Positions 30,092 to 39,465 of a DNA stretch of 64,000 bases are shown here, in pieces. The translations under genes and the position numbers were made by a program. This DNA comes from a virus. The stretch is taken from positions 1-64,000 of IMG/VR virus record IMGVR_UViG_3300030117_001886; one strand, given 5' to 3'. The stretch's first letter is position 1, and each line of letters starts with the position of its first letter. Below the pieces are notes generated by a model, which saw only the letters and a list, made by a program, of their open reading frames with translations, ran no database searches and was not told where the DNA came from.

Positions 30092-30140
30092 CACATGACC
30101 TTCAAAGAAATATTGAGAAACTGTAAACGAAAATTAATAG

Positions 30141-30275
30141 ATGGCGACAAGAAATACATTTACAAGAGTAGACACACCGAAGAAAAAAAGACCAGGGATA
30201 CATGCAAAAAGCAAAACAAGTAAGCTTACAAGTTCTAAGAACTACCGCAAAAAGTACAAAGGTCAAGGAAGATAA
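30141..30275 (+). CDS. 44-aa highly basic protein ending KKYKGQGR
   Basis: Hand-translated MATRNTFTRVDTPKKKRPGIHAKSKTSKLTSSKNYRKKYKGQGR; the terminal YxGQGR motif is recurrent in small phage proteins. Confidence 0.7.
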   Translation: MATRNTFTRVDTPKKKRPGIHAKSKTSKLTSSKNYRKKYKGQGR

Positions 30276-30287
30276 GAATAATTTGTG

Positions 30288-30295
30288 TATATTTG
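30288..30295 (+). promoter_or_regulatory. -7 promoter element upstream of the structured region
   Basis: TATATTTGCAC. Confidence 0.6.
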
Positions 30296-30299
30296 CACA

Positions 30300-30645
30300 A
30301 GCAGAGGCATTCCTTAATAGGAATATCACCCCTGAGGACCGAAAGGGCAGTAGGGGGTCAGACGTGGGATTTATACCTAGTAACATAATAGTAATATGGC
30401 CCTAGGCAAATACGCTAGAAAAAACGCTGTGACAGCGAATCATCAGTAGGAAATTTTCTCCCATAGCCTCGAAAAGGAAAGATATAGAACCTAGTTGGGA
30501 TAGAATACATATTAGGTAAGTGTGGTGAATTAACACCGTGATAATTATCCCTTGGTCTTCTCAAAGAAGAAAGCACTGCTAGGTTTGAAATTCTAACCAT
30601 AATTACAAAACTCCTAGGGGGAACCTATATCTAGACTGCACATAT
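30300..30645 (+). ncRNA. Candidate large structured non-coding RNA or long structured leader
   Basis: No credible ORF; many local hairpins and several long-range complementary segments (see findings). Confidence 0.5.
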
Positions 30646-30655
30646 AATTATAATT

Positions 30656-30871
30656 ATGGGAAAATCAAAACCAAATAATCCTAGCTTGTGGTCACGAGCA
30701 AAAGCTGCGGCCAGAAAGAAGTTTAAGGTGTATCCATCTGCATATGCTAATGCGTGGGCATCTAAATGGTACAAATCAAAAGGTGGCACATGGCGAGGAG
30801 CTGACAATAGAGTAAAGAAATCTATGAAAGGTGGATTTACTATGGAGAAAGGACCTGCTAAATTAGACTAA
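30656..30871 (+). CDS. Small basic phage protein
   Basis: LWSRAKAAARKKFKVYPSAYANAWASKWYKSKGGTW, a recurring phage family. Confidence 0.8.
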   Translation: MGKSKPNNPSLWSRAKAAARKKFKVYPSAYANAWASKWYKSKGGTWRGADNRVKKSMKGGFTMEKGPAKLD

Positions 30872-30873
30872 TC

Positions 30874-31143
30874 ATGGCAAAAGGCGGATTAGGTAAATGG
30901 TTTGGTGAGAAATGGGTAGACGTAAAGACAGGTAAACCTTGTGGTAGATCTGGTAAGAAAGATAAACGTCGTGGATACCCGGCATGTAGACCATCAAAAG
31001 TAGCAGGTAGTATATCTAAAAGAGAAGCAGCTAAGAAAACAGGACCAGGAAGAGTAAACTGGTCAACCACTGCATCTGGTAGAAAGCGTAAAACAAGCAG
31101 AGCTATGCAGGGTGGATATAAGACTTTACCAAAACTTTATTAA
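30874..31143 (+). CDS. Small basic protein (DUF5872-like)
   Basis: GGLGKWFGEKWVDVKTGKPCGRS...YPACRP. Confidence 0.78.
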   Translation: MAKGGLGKWFGEKWVDVKTGKPCGRSGKKDKRRGYPACRPSKVAGSISKREAAKKTGPGRVNWSTTASGRKRKTSRAMQGGYKTLPKLY

Positions 31144-31174
31144 TTTTTTCTTGGAACTATAAATTATTTTGTTA

Positions 31175-31182
31175 TAACTTTG
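31175..31182 (+). promoter_or_regulatory. -7 promoter element upstream of groES
   Basis: TAACTTTGCA, with TTG about 21 nt upstream. Confidence 0.55.
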
Positions 31183-31198
31183 CATTATTAAATTTAAA

Positions 31199-31486
31199 AT
31201 GATGGCAAAGAAAACAGAATTTAGACCGTACGGTAACTGGTTAGTTCTACCAGACCCTACTACAACAGAAACAGAATCAGGGTTAATCTTAGATGACTCA
31301 ACTGCAAAGAAGATGGCAACTAATGTACTAGAAGTATTAGCTGCAGGTCCTCAATGCATCATGGCAGAGGTAGGAGACACAGTTCTTGTGAATCCTTTAT
31401 CAGAAGCTATGCGTATGAGTATTAATGATAAGCCTTGTGTATTAATTAATGAGCATAATATATTAGGGAAGTTTGATAAGAACTAA
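31199..31486 (+). CDS. groES: GroES/Cpn10-like co-chaperonin
   Basis: FRPYGNWLV, TESGLIL, VLAAGP, VGDTV and NEHNILG. Confidence 0.85.
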   Translation: MMAKKTEFRPYGNWLVLPDPTTTETESGLILDDSTAKKMATNVLEVLAAGPQCIMAEVGDTVLVNPLSEAMRMSINDKPCVLINEHNILGKFDKN

Positions 31487-31655
31487 ATTTTTAACTCACG
31501 AATTTGATGAGCTCTTTGAATTATACAGAGAGTTTGAAGATAAACTTACTATGTGGTCAGAAAACAACATAAACTCTACATGGGATATAGAGGTACTTAT
31601 AGGAGAATACGAATATATAATTATAGTAACTGTAGACAATGAAAATAACGATTAA
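31473..31655 (+). CDS. Hypothetical acidic protein
   Basis: 60-aa ORF with a TTG start that fills the gap. Confidence 0.5.
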   Translation: MIRTKFLTHEFDELFELYREFEDKLTMWSENNINSTWDIEVLIGEYEYIIIVTVDNENND

Positions 31656-31995
31656 CGCAGATACAACTACAAAACAGATAAGCATTTGGAATGGTATATT
31701 TGATCTAACTAAAAAAGAGATACAAGTTATATCTAATCTTATAGATGCAGAAGCCGTAACTAGAACAGGTAATATAGCAGATGTAAAAAACAAAAGAGCA
31801 GCTGCTAGAAATATGGGTATATCTGATTACAATACTTTAAATAACTATATAAAAAGATTGAAAGATAAAAAAGCCTTGATAGTTAAAAATAATAATTATA
31901 CCTTACATCCACTATTAAATGCAGATACTACATATGTTGAGATACTTATCAAAAACGGAGGAGATAAAACCAATAATAACCCTATGGACGAATGA
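31639..31995 (+). CDS. Putative winged-helix DNA-binding protein
   Basis: LTKKEIQV...AARNMGISDYNTLNNYIKRLKDKKAL. Confidence 0.65.
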   Translation: MKITINADTTTKQISIWNGIFDLTKKEIQVISNLIDAEAVTRTGNIADVKNKRAAARNMGISDYNTLNNYIKRLKDKKALIVKNNNYTLHPLLNADTTYVEILIKNGGDKTNNNPMDE

Positions 31996-32060
31996 GTATA
32001 ATGTAGATTTTGACATAGTTCAAGATCCACATGGTATATGCTTAGAAATAACAGTAAACG

Positions 32061-32402
32061 ATGGAAGACAACAAACTACCTACTGCATTACAGATGATGA
32101 AGAACTTCAGCAAGGAGCTCGTTACTTTTGTGCAGAAGGGAATGCCTAATGTAAGTGAAGAAGATTATCAAGAAAGATTAGACGATTGTTTTAATTGTGA
32201 GCATTTTCTAGAAAACTTAAATAGGTGTGGTAAGTGTGGCTGTTTGGTTGAATATAAAGCTAGATGGAAAACAACTAAATGTCCTATAGGTGTTTGGAAA
32301 CAACAGATAGTTGGAGAGGGTGGTACATCCCTTGAAGGCAAGATTAAACGCAATGAAGAAAACAAAGAAGGAGATAATACAGAGACTAGCGACAAAGTAT
32401 AA
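32061..32402 (+). CDS. Cys-rich zinc-binding protein (DUF6171-like)
   Basis: ERLDDCFNCEH...RCGKCGC...KCPIGVW. Confidence 0.7.
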   Translation: MEDNKLPTALQMMKNFSKELVTFVQKGMPNVSEEDYQERLDDCFNCEHFLENLNRCGKCGCLVEYKARWKTTKCPIGVWKQQIVGEGGTSLEGKIKRNEENKEGDNTETSDKV

Positions 32403-32583
32403 TTTACCTCTTAGTACAATAGAGAATATAGTTATGCACCAGTTTAAATTTGTGGCTAAGATTATGGAAGAGGGCAAGTTTGAATCTATAAGAATACCAT
32501 ACTTTGGAAAGTTTTCTTCAAACAAGAAACGACGAGATTATATAACTGCATTAAAAAATGGATCTAATAACGATAGACAATAA
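32353..32583 (+). CDS. HU/IHF-like DNA-binding protein
   Basis: MKKTKKEIIQRLA...IRIPYFGKF; start moved to the ATG at 32353. Confidence 0.7.
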   Translation: MKKTKKEIIQRLATKYNLPLSTIENIVMHQFKFVAKIMEEGKFESIRIPYFGKFSSNKKRRDYITALKNGSNNDRQ

Positions 32584-33100
32584 CGTAGCTATACCTAATG
32601 CATATACTCTTACAGTAGAAGCATTCAAAGCTATAGTAGATAGAGATAAGACTGCAAATAAGAAAAAAGCAACTCAAGAGCTAGCCTATGTCTATTTTAA
32701 ATGTGATCACCGATCTCCTTTTGCAGTATATGGAGAAGAAGAAAGGGGATCTGAAGTCAAACTAAATGTATTTGGTTTGGATAGCAAGTGGGAAGAAGAT
32801 GAAAAAGTAAAAGCCGCTTGCGATAAGTACAGAGAGTTAAACGAGACCTCAGCAGTTAGGCTACTGAAGTCTGCTAGAAACTCTGTGCTTAAATTACAGA
32901 AATATTTTGATACCGTAGATTTAACAATGATGGATGATAATGGTAGACCAATATTTCACGCAAAAGATCTAGTAGCCAACTTATCCAAGATGGGGGATGT
33001 AGTAGATGGCTTATCAAAACTAGAAGAACAAGTAAAGAAAGAAGAACAAGCTAACAATCCTAACAGAGGTGGGGTTGTAGTTAACAAATATAGTTCGTAG
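32558..33100 (+). CDS. Conserved crAss-like protein, putative terminase small subunit
   Basis: Helical 180-aa protein with DRDKT..K..A..ELAYVYF..D.RSPF and a terminal RGG, two genes upstream of terL. Confidence 0.55.
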   Translation: MDLITIDNNVAIPNAYTLTVEAFKAIVDRDKTANKKKATQELAYVYFKCDHRSPFAVYGEEERGSEVKLNVFGLDSKWEEDEKVKAACDKYRELNETSAVRLLKSARNSVLKLQKYFDTVDLTMMDDNGRPIFHAKDLVANLSKMGDVVDGLSKLEEQVKKEEQANNPNRGGVVVNKYSS

Positions 33101-33109
33101 ATTTGAAGT

Positions 33110-33364
33110 ATGGATTTTCTAAAAGACATAGAGGACTATCATACTGCAATGCAAAATGCTTATCTATTTGTTACAAAAAAGATAACAGTAGATGATGTCT
33201 ACAGCGATTTGGAATCTGGGGAAGTTACAGAATTTTATTTACCATTTGATCCATTAGTAAATGATGGAAGAGATATTGGTACTCTAGATTTACTCATTGA
33301 GCATTTTACAGAACTAGAAGAGTATGAAAAATGTCAGGAGTTAGTAAAAATAAAAGATTTATAG
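33110..33364 (+). CDS. Hypothetical protein (C-terminal UVR-like EEYEKCQEL)
   Basis: 84 aa; TAGATTTG promoter element at 33098-33105. Confidence 0.65.
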   Translation: MDFLKDIEDYHTAMQNAYLFVTKKITVDDVYSDLESGEVTEFYLPFDPLVNDGRDIGTLDLLIEHFTELEEYEKCQELVKIKDL

Positions 33365-35319
33365 ATACACATCTATTTAGTCCAGCAGCTAGCCACTTTC
33401 TAGAATATGGCTACTATACAAACGCTTTGCCTGGAACTAAGTCATACTATGATTATTGGGATTTAGAAAAACAAAGATGTCTGTACGGATATGAGGTTGA
33501 TAGTGTAAGCATTACTGGCTTTCACTATTTTTATTTAAACTACTGTCGTATGGAAAGAGCAGTAGAAGAAATACAACCTGATGGCAGCATGTTAAACAGG
33601 CGTGAGAACAGCTTCCCATCTTTCTATGATGGAGATTACGAATACTTTCATGCAGTAGATCAAGCAAGAAAAGAAGATAAACATTTAGCAGTACTAAAAG
33701 CTAGACGTAAAGGATTCTCATACAAGGCTGCAGCTATGTTAGTAAGAAACTATTATTTTCAAAGAGGTAGTAGAGGTTATGTATTTGCTAGTCAGAAAGA
33801 ATATCTGATCGGTGATGGCCTGTTATCAAAGGCCTGGGACATCATATCATTTGTAGATGATAATACAGCATGGACACAACCACGTCTTAGAGACCGTGAG
33901 ATGCACAAACAGTCAGGCTATAAAAAGAATATAAACGGTGCACTAGTTGAGCTTGGTATGAAGGCTCAGATAATAGGCGTATCATTGAAAGACGATCCCG
34001 ACAAGGTTCGTGGTAAGGCGGGTGATCTAGTTTTCTTTGAGGAAGCTGGGTCATTCCCTGGCCTTTTGAAAGCTTGGGAGGTAGCTATGCCAACAATGCG
34101 TCAAGGTAGCAAGACCTTGGGTACAATGATAGCATTTGGTACAGGTGGTGCTGAAGGTTCTGACTTTCATGCATTGGAAGAATTATTCTATAGTCCAGAT
34201 GCATACGATTGTTTAGCGTTTGAGAATATATGGGATGATGGTGCACAGGGTAGTACATGTGGTTACTTTGTACCTATATATCAGAACTTAGAAGGATTTA
34301 TAGATAAGGATGGTAACTCTGATATACAGTCTGCAAAAGCATACGAAATGGATCAAAGGGAGAAGAAAAAATTAGCAGCTGATACAAAAACATTTGATCA
34401 ATATATAGCTGAACATCCTATGAATCCAGGTGAGGCAACTCTACAGATTACAGCAAATCTGTTTGATGTATCATCACTGCAAGCTCAGTATAATACAGTA
34501 AAAGTTAACAACCTGACTTCCAAGGCAATACCAGGAAGACTGCATTATGGTAAGGGGGAGACTATAAAATTTACACCGGACTACACACTAAAACCTATAT
34601 TTAAGTTCCCACATAACAAGACTGATAACAACGCAGGTTGTGTAACTATGTGGGAAGCTCCATATAAAGATAAGAAAGGAGTAGTGCCTCATAATTTATA
34701 TATTATTGGGCATGACCCTTATGGACAAAACAGGTCAGCAGATTCTACATCACTTGGATCTGCATATGTACTTAAGAGAGTAAATAATCTATCACAACCA
34801 GATGATATACTTGTAGCTAGTTATGTAGGTAGACCTGAAACTCAAGATGAATTTAATCGTAACTTATTTATGTTGGCTGATTATTACAATGCCAGGATAG
34901 GATTTGAGAATGATCGTGGTGAAGTTATAGCATACGCAAAACGACATAGAAAGTTACACAGATTGCAGCCAGAGTTTGAAATGCTAGATAAAAAAGAGTT
35001 ACAATCTAGACGTGTAAGACGTAGTTATGGCATGCATATGACCCAAGCTAGAAAGCAGCAAGGTGAGATATATATAAGAGACTGGCTAAATTCAGCACGA
35101 GGGGTTGAAAGTGAAGGCAAAGAATCGTTAAATTTGCATAAGATCTATGACCCAGCACTGTTGCAAGAATTAATTAAATTTAATCATAAAGGTAACTTTG
35201 ACCGAGTTATGTCTCTTATGATAGCAATGTACCATTCCAGAGAGTTGTACAATGCTGAAGTAAAGAATATATATGAAGATAGATCTACGGATGATTTCTT
35301 CAATAGACAAATGTTTTAA
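33331..35319 (+). CDS. terL: Terminase large subunit
   Basis: LKARRKGFSY Walker A variant, FFEEAG Walker B, FGTGG; RNase H-like nuclease GHDPY and GNFDRV. Confidence 0.93.
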   Translation: MSGVSKNKRFIDTHLFSPAASHFLEYGYYTNALPGTKSYYDYWDLEKQRCLYGYEVDSVSITGFHYFYLNYCRMERAVEEIQPDGSMLNRRENSFPSFYDGDYEYFHAVDQARKEDKHLAVLKARRKGFSYKAAAMLVRNYYFQRGSRGYVFASQKEYLIGDGLLSKAWDIISFVDDNTAWTQPRLRDREMHKQSGYKKNINGALVELGMKAQIIGVSLKDDPDKVRGKAGDLVFFEEAGSFPGLLKAWEVAMPTMRQGSKTLGTMIAFGTGGAEGSDFHALEELFYSPDAYDCLAFENIWDDGAQGSTCGYFVPIYQNLEGFIDKDGNSDIQSAKAYEMDQREKKKLAADTKTFDQYIAEHPMNPGEATLQITANLFDVSSLQAQYNTVKVNNLTSKAIPGRLHYGKGETIKFTPDYTLKPIFKFPHNKTDNNAGCVTMWEAPYKDKKGVVPHNLYIIGHDPYGQNRSADSTSLGSAYVLKRVNNLSQPDDILVASYVGRPETQDEFNRNLFMLADYYNARIGFENDRGEVIAYAKRHRKLHRLQPEFEMLDKKELQSRRVRRSYGMHMTQARKQQGEIYIRDWLNSARGVESEGKESLNLHKIYDPALLQELIKFNHKGNFDRVMSLMIAMYHSRELYNAEVKNIYEDRSTDDFFNRQMF

Positions 35320-35322
35320 TAT

Positions 35323-37560
35323 ATGTACGCAGCAAATCATAGTATACCCAAACAAAAACTTGCAGATTCTAAAAAGAATGACAAGTGGGGAAAAGAATGC
35401 GTAGAAGCTTTTATAGGCTTATCAAATACAAATGGATATGGTAACCGCAAGAGTAAACTACAGCAACTGTATGACTATTATAATGGTCACGTAGAGGAAG
35501 AAGATTATAAATACGTAACAAAACCTTACGGTAAAAGCCGTAGTAACTTTCCTTCCAAAATACGTAATTATCCTATTATCAAACCCATCATAGATCTTTT
35601 ATTAGGAGAAAAATCTAAACGACCTCTTAATTACAGTGTTGTAGTTAAAAATGCGGATACCGTGTCTATTAAAGAGGAGGCTAAGAAAGCTACTCTAATG
35701 CAGGTTATGCAACAAAAATTTATCAACCGTCTTAATCAGATGGGAATGCAAACTGGTATGCCCACAGAAGAGGTACAGATGCCAAAGCAAGTAGCAGAAT
35801 TATTTGAAAAGAGTTATGTAGATGCTAGAGCAATCATGGGTCAGCAGGCTGTAAACTATATTATGCAAGAACAAGAGATGTATGATAAGTTTCAGAAAGC
35901 TTGGTTTCATTTCTTAGTATCAGGTGAGTGCTACACACATAGAGGGGTAAGACATAATGAACCATTTTACGAGGTACTAAATCCTGTAGATATTGACTAT
36001 GATAAAGATCCTGACTGTGAGTTTGTGGAAGATGGAGACTGGGCATTGATTCGTAAATATGCACATGCATCTACAATCGTAGATATGTTTAGAGAAGAAC
36101 TTACAGATGCTCAGATAGACAGATTAGAGAGACCTGAAGAGTTTTCTAATGATGCACACTTAAGTCAAGGTTATTCTATGCATAATGTAGAAATGTACAG
36201 AAGCAGACTTATTGAGGTAAATACTGTTTACTGGAAGTCAATGAAACAGGTTGGATTCTTAACATACCCAAATCCTATTACAGGAGAAATGGAAGAGCAG
36301 GTAGTAGAAGGAAAAACAAAACTTACAGATGAACTAAAAGAGGCAGGTGCTAAGATTTCATATGAATGGGTAACAGAAGTGTGGCAAGGTACAAAGATTG
36401 CTGATGATATGTACGTAGATGTTCGTCCAGTAGAAAATCAAAGATTTACACTTGACAACCCATCAAACGGTAAGCTACCAATCAATGGTAGAAAGTATTC
36501 TGAAATAAACTCAGAGAATATATCACTTGTAGGATTAGGTATTCCTTACCAAATAAATTACAATATCTACAAGTACAGATTAGAAATTGCTATTGCAAAA
36601 TCAAAAGATATTATTGCACAGTTTGACATCAACATGATTCCTAAAAAGTGGGACATGGATAAGTTTATGTACTATGTTGATGCAACTGGTATTGCATGGG
36701 TAGACTATAACAAAGAAGGTATGCAGCTGAATCCTCAACATCAAGCTGTAATGGACATGTCTATCAAAACTATAGAACAGTATGTTGTATTACTAGAATC
36801 TATCATACAAGAATGGGAAAGAATCTCAGGAGTAAATAGACAAAGACAGGGTAGTATTGGAACATATGCAGGTAAAGGAACAAGTCAGCAAGCTATTGTA
36901 CAATCTTCACACATTACAGAAGATATGTTCCGTAAATTTGCTAGACTAGAGCAAAGAGATATACAAGCTATTTTAGATTATTCTAAAGATGCTTGGAATG
37001 GTAGTAAGAGTGCAATGTTTTATATGCCTGACGGAACATCTGAGTTCTTTAGCATTGATGGTACTGACTACTCTGAAACTAACTATGGTATATTTGCTAG
37101 TAACTCAGCTTCTGATATTGAGAAGAAAATGAAGGTAGAGCAACTAGCACAAGCTATGATACAGAATGGTACACCAGCATCTATTGTAGCAGAAGCTATA
37201 GATCAAGAAAGCTTTACAGCTATCAAAGATAAGATTAGAGCTGCTGAGAAAGCACAGCAAGAATTGCAACAAGCACAGCAGCAAGCTCAGATGGAGATGC
37301 AAGAAAAACAAATCCAAGCAGCTAATCAACAAAAAGCAATGGAGATGGACAACTCTGAGAAGAACAGACAGACTCAGATTGAAGTTGCACTAATCAATGC
37401 AGAAGCAAATCAAGAACTAAAACGTCAAGAGTTAGAACTTAAAGCTCAAGAGCTAAAAGATAAAGCTGACAATATGGATGACAAGATTAGACTTGAAGAG
37501 AAAAGAATAAATTCACAAGAACGAGTAGCAAAGGATAGCAAACGAAATGCCTCTAAATAA
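35323..37560 (+). CDS. Portal protein
   Basis: 745 aa after terL; YDYYNG, NYPIIKPIIDLLLGE, ISGVNRQRQG and a Gln-rich coiled-coil barrel. Confidence 0.92.
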   Translation: MYAANHSIPKQKLADSKKNDKWGKECVEAFIGLSNTNGYGNRKSKLQQLYDYYNGHVEEEDYKYVTKPYGKSRSNFPSKIRNYPIIKPIIDLLLGEKSKRPLNYSVVVKNADTVSIKEEAKKATLMQVMQQKFINRLNQMGMQTGMPTEEVQMPKQVAELFEKSYVDARAIMGQQAVNYIMQEQEMYDKFQKAWFHFLVSGECYTHRGVRHNEPFYEVLNPVDIDYDKDPDCEFVEDGDWALIRKYAHASTIVDMFREELTDAQIDRLERPEEFSNDAHLSQGYSMHNVEMYRSRLIEVNTVYWKSMKQVGFLTYPNPITGEMEEQVVEGKTKLTDELKEAGAKISYEWVTEVWQGTKIADDMYVDVRPVENQRFTLDNPSNGKLPINGRKYSEINSENISLVGLGIPYQINYNIYKYRLEIAIAKSKDIIAQFDINMIPKKWDMDKFMYYVDATGIAWVDYNKEGMQLNPQHQAVMDMSIKTIEQYVVLLESIIQEWERISGVNRQRQGSIGTYAGKGTSQQAIVQSSHITEDMFRKFARLEQRDIQAILDYSKDAWNGSKSAMFYMPDGTSEFFSIDGTDYSETNYGIFASNSASDIEKKMKVEQLAQAMIQNGTPASIVAEAIDQESFTAIKDKIRAAEKAQQELQQAQQQAQMEMQEKQIQAANQQKAMEMDNSEKNRQTQIEVALINAEANQELKRQELELKAQELKDKADNMDDKIRLEEKRINSQERVAKDSKRNASK

Positions 37561-39382
37561 CAGGGAAAAATTAGAAATTATAACTAGGGCTAAGAAGGAT
37601 GGGTATAAAGGTGATTACCTAGAACTATTCAGAATGGCTGAACAGCAGATGCGTCAAGATATGCCTGAACCTCAGTTTAGGGGTGGTGGTTTTGCTAATG
37701 ATATAAATAAACCAAAGAAGTCTACATACGTAGATGCTAGATCTGGTTATGGTTTTCCTACTACTTATGAACATGGTGGTCCTCATACACCTGCTACAGT
37801 TGTTCCAACTTTTCCTGATGTAGACATAACAGCACTTACGGATGAAACTTATGCGTCCTTAACCCCAGCACAGCAACAGTTATATGATGCTTATATAACT
37901 CCAGCGGGTGTTTCACAGTCTATTCCTATTACGGTTGGGGAAGAAAATCAAGTTACAAAAGACATACATTTCATAGATGCTTTAAATTTAGCTGGTAATA
38001 ATCCTGCTACTGATATAATAAATCAGCCAATCCTGAACATGACTGAGAAAGAAAAGATTATATTTAGACAAAAAGGACAGTTTAGAGCTCATGCTAATTC
38101 TGGCTTGCTTGGTAGAGATATTTATATTCCATCTCGAGATGCTTATATGCATGGTCCAAACTTTATGAGAAACAGGAGAACACTTCAGATACCGGAGGGT
38201 ACTTATTTTCATCCTGAAACAAACCCAGGAACAGAAATTGATCTAAATTTAACAGACCCTAAAGATTATGAAAAATATCAGGCTGGTGTAAAAGCAGGTA
38301 TATATATTCCCGATCCTTACGGAAGAGAGAGTGAGTTTGGTCCTGGAAGGACTATTCATCCATCAATGTACCAAAAACCACAATCACAATATCTGGAAAA
38401 AGCTTTTCAGGAGTACGCTCATGTTGACCCTACTCTTACCGGCCCCTTCTCTATGCATGGTCCTGGTGGACGGATTATTACAGACATTGATAGATTACGT
38501 AGAACTGTTGAGGAAGGAGAGTATCCTGATGCTTCTAACTATCAGTCTCCTTATGATCTGGAATATCATACCCATACTGCACCAGACAGTAATGTAAATA
38601 TACTAGCTAACCAATATAGTATGGATAAGTATGATATGATTAATACAAAGCCTACATTAAATTTACCCAAAAAACCAAACCCGCTTCCCTTGATTCAGCA
38701 AAAACACGGCGGCTTCGCTGCATTCTTTGCTAGTGATTATGATAAGTATGTACAGAAGAAAGAGGATGGAGGTAAAAAGGTTGAGTATACAAAACCTAAA
38801 CGTGAGTCTGGTGTGTTTGTTAGTCCATTTGTACAATCATTTAAAACTTCAGACTTACAAAAGCAGCAGGATATTCAAAATATGGATTATGATTTTGATG
38901 CATTTGCAGCAGGTATTGCAGATGTAGAATCTGTAGGAGGAGCACTTATGATTAATGATCAATCTAGTGCTACTGGTTTGTATCAAAGAAGGTTTAGTGA
39001 GATAAAAGATATATACCCTGGAACACGTGAAGAGTTCTCTAAAGATATAGCCGCACAAAAAAGATTTTTTAAAGAAAGGTTTGATAAAGACATAATGAAA
39101 GATGGTATAGAATTATTTAAAGAATATGATCCTCAGATGAATCTTTCTAGATACGGCTTAGATCCTGTAAAAATATCTGCTCTGTCTAATATGTTAGGAA
39201 GACAGGGTACAAGAAAATATTTAGGAAACGTGTTAAGAGATGGTAAATCTCTGGAAGAAGTATTCCCTACTAAATATGGACCTAATAGACAGTTAGGGCG
39301 GGATGGTAAACCTTTAGAAAATAAAACACCAGAAGAATACATAGAACAATTCTATAAGGTGTATTCAGAAAGAGCTAAGTAA
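37547..39382 (+). CDS. Mosaic virion-associated protein with C-terminal lysozyme/transglycosylase-like domain
   Basis: IADVESVGG...SSATGLYQ (catalytic Glu plus GLxQ motif); modules separated by xxxGG motifs. Confidence 0.6.
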   Translation: MPLNNREKLEIITRAKKDGYKGDYLELFRMAEQQMRQDMPEPQFRGGGFANDINKPKKSTYVDARSGYGFPTTYEHGGPHTPATVVPTFPDVDITALTDETYASLTPAQQQLYDAYITPAGVSQSIPITVGEENQVTKDIHFIDALNLAGNNPATDIINQPILNMTEKEKIIFRQKGQFRAHANSGLLGRDIYIPSRDAYMHGPNFMRNRRTLQIPEGTYFHPETNPGTEIDLNLTDPKDYEKYQAGVKAGIYIPDPYGRESEFGPGRTIHPSMYQKPQSQYLEKAFQEYAHVDPTLTGPFSMHGPGGRIITDIDRLRRTVEEGEYPDASNYQSPYDLEYHTHTAPDSNVNILANQYSMDKYDMINTKPTLNLPKKPNPLPLIQQKHGGFAAFFASDYDKYVQKKEDGGKKVEYTKPKRESGVFVSPFVQSFKTSDLQKQQDIQNMDYDFDAFAAGIADVESVGGALMINDQSSATGLYQRRFSEIKDIYPGTREEFSKDIAAQKRFFKERFDKDIMKDGIELFKEYDPQMNLSRYGLDPVKISALSNMLGRQGTRKYLGNVLRDGKSLEEVFPTKYGPNRQLGRDGKPLENKTPEEYIEQFYKVYSERAK

Positions 39383-39451
39383 TATGAAGTGTTATATTAT
39401 AAAAGATATAGTAAAAGATATATACTAGATAAAAACTATAATAATTAATAT

Positions 39452-39459
39452 TAAATTTG
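39452..39459 (+). promoter_or_regulatory. -7 promoter element for the scaffold/capsid operon
   Basis: TAAATTTGCAC, 6 nt before the ATG at 39466; TAAAAGATATA direct repeat at 39400 and 39412. Confidence 0.6.
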
Positions 39460-39465
39460 CACAAT

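Noticed and set aside
29966-30600. ORF-track entries 29966-30223, 30102-30386, 30202-30405 and 30415-30600
   Set aside because: They cross poly-T tracts, promoters or structured RNA; the 30141-30275 frame is the more convincing gene. A short leaderless ORF from 30095 cannot be excluded.
28320-30650. tRNA or tmRNA genes in the non-coding gaps
   Set aside because: No cloverleaf with a TTCRA T-loop and acceptor stem was found by eye; tRNAscan/ARAGORN would be decisive.
31919-32149. 76-aa ORF bridging two genes
   Set aside because: It overlaps both neighbours extensively and has no recognisable motif; left uncalled, though it could be real.
24771-35319. Introns or inteins in polA, dnaB or terL
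   Set aside because: ORFs are continuous and of normal length, with no intein or homing-endonuclease motifs.
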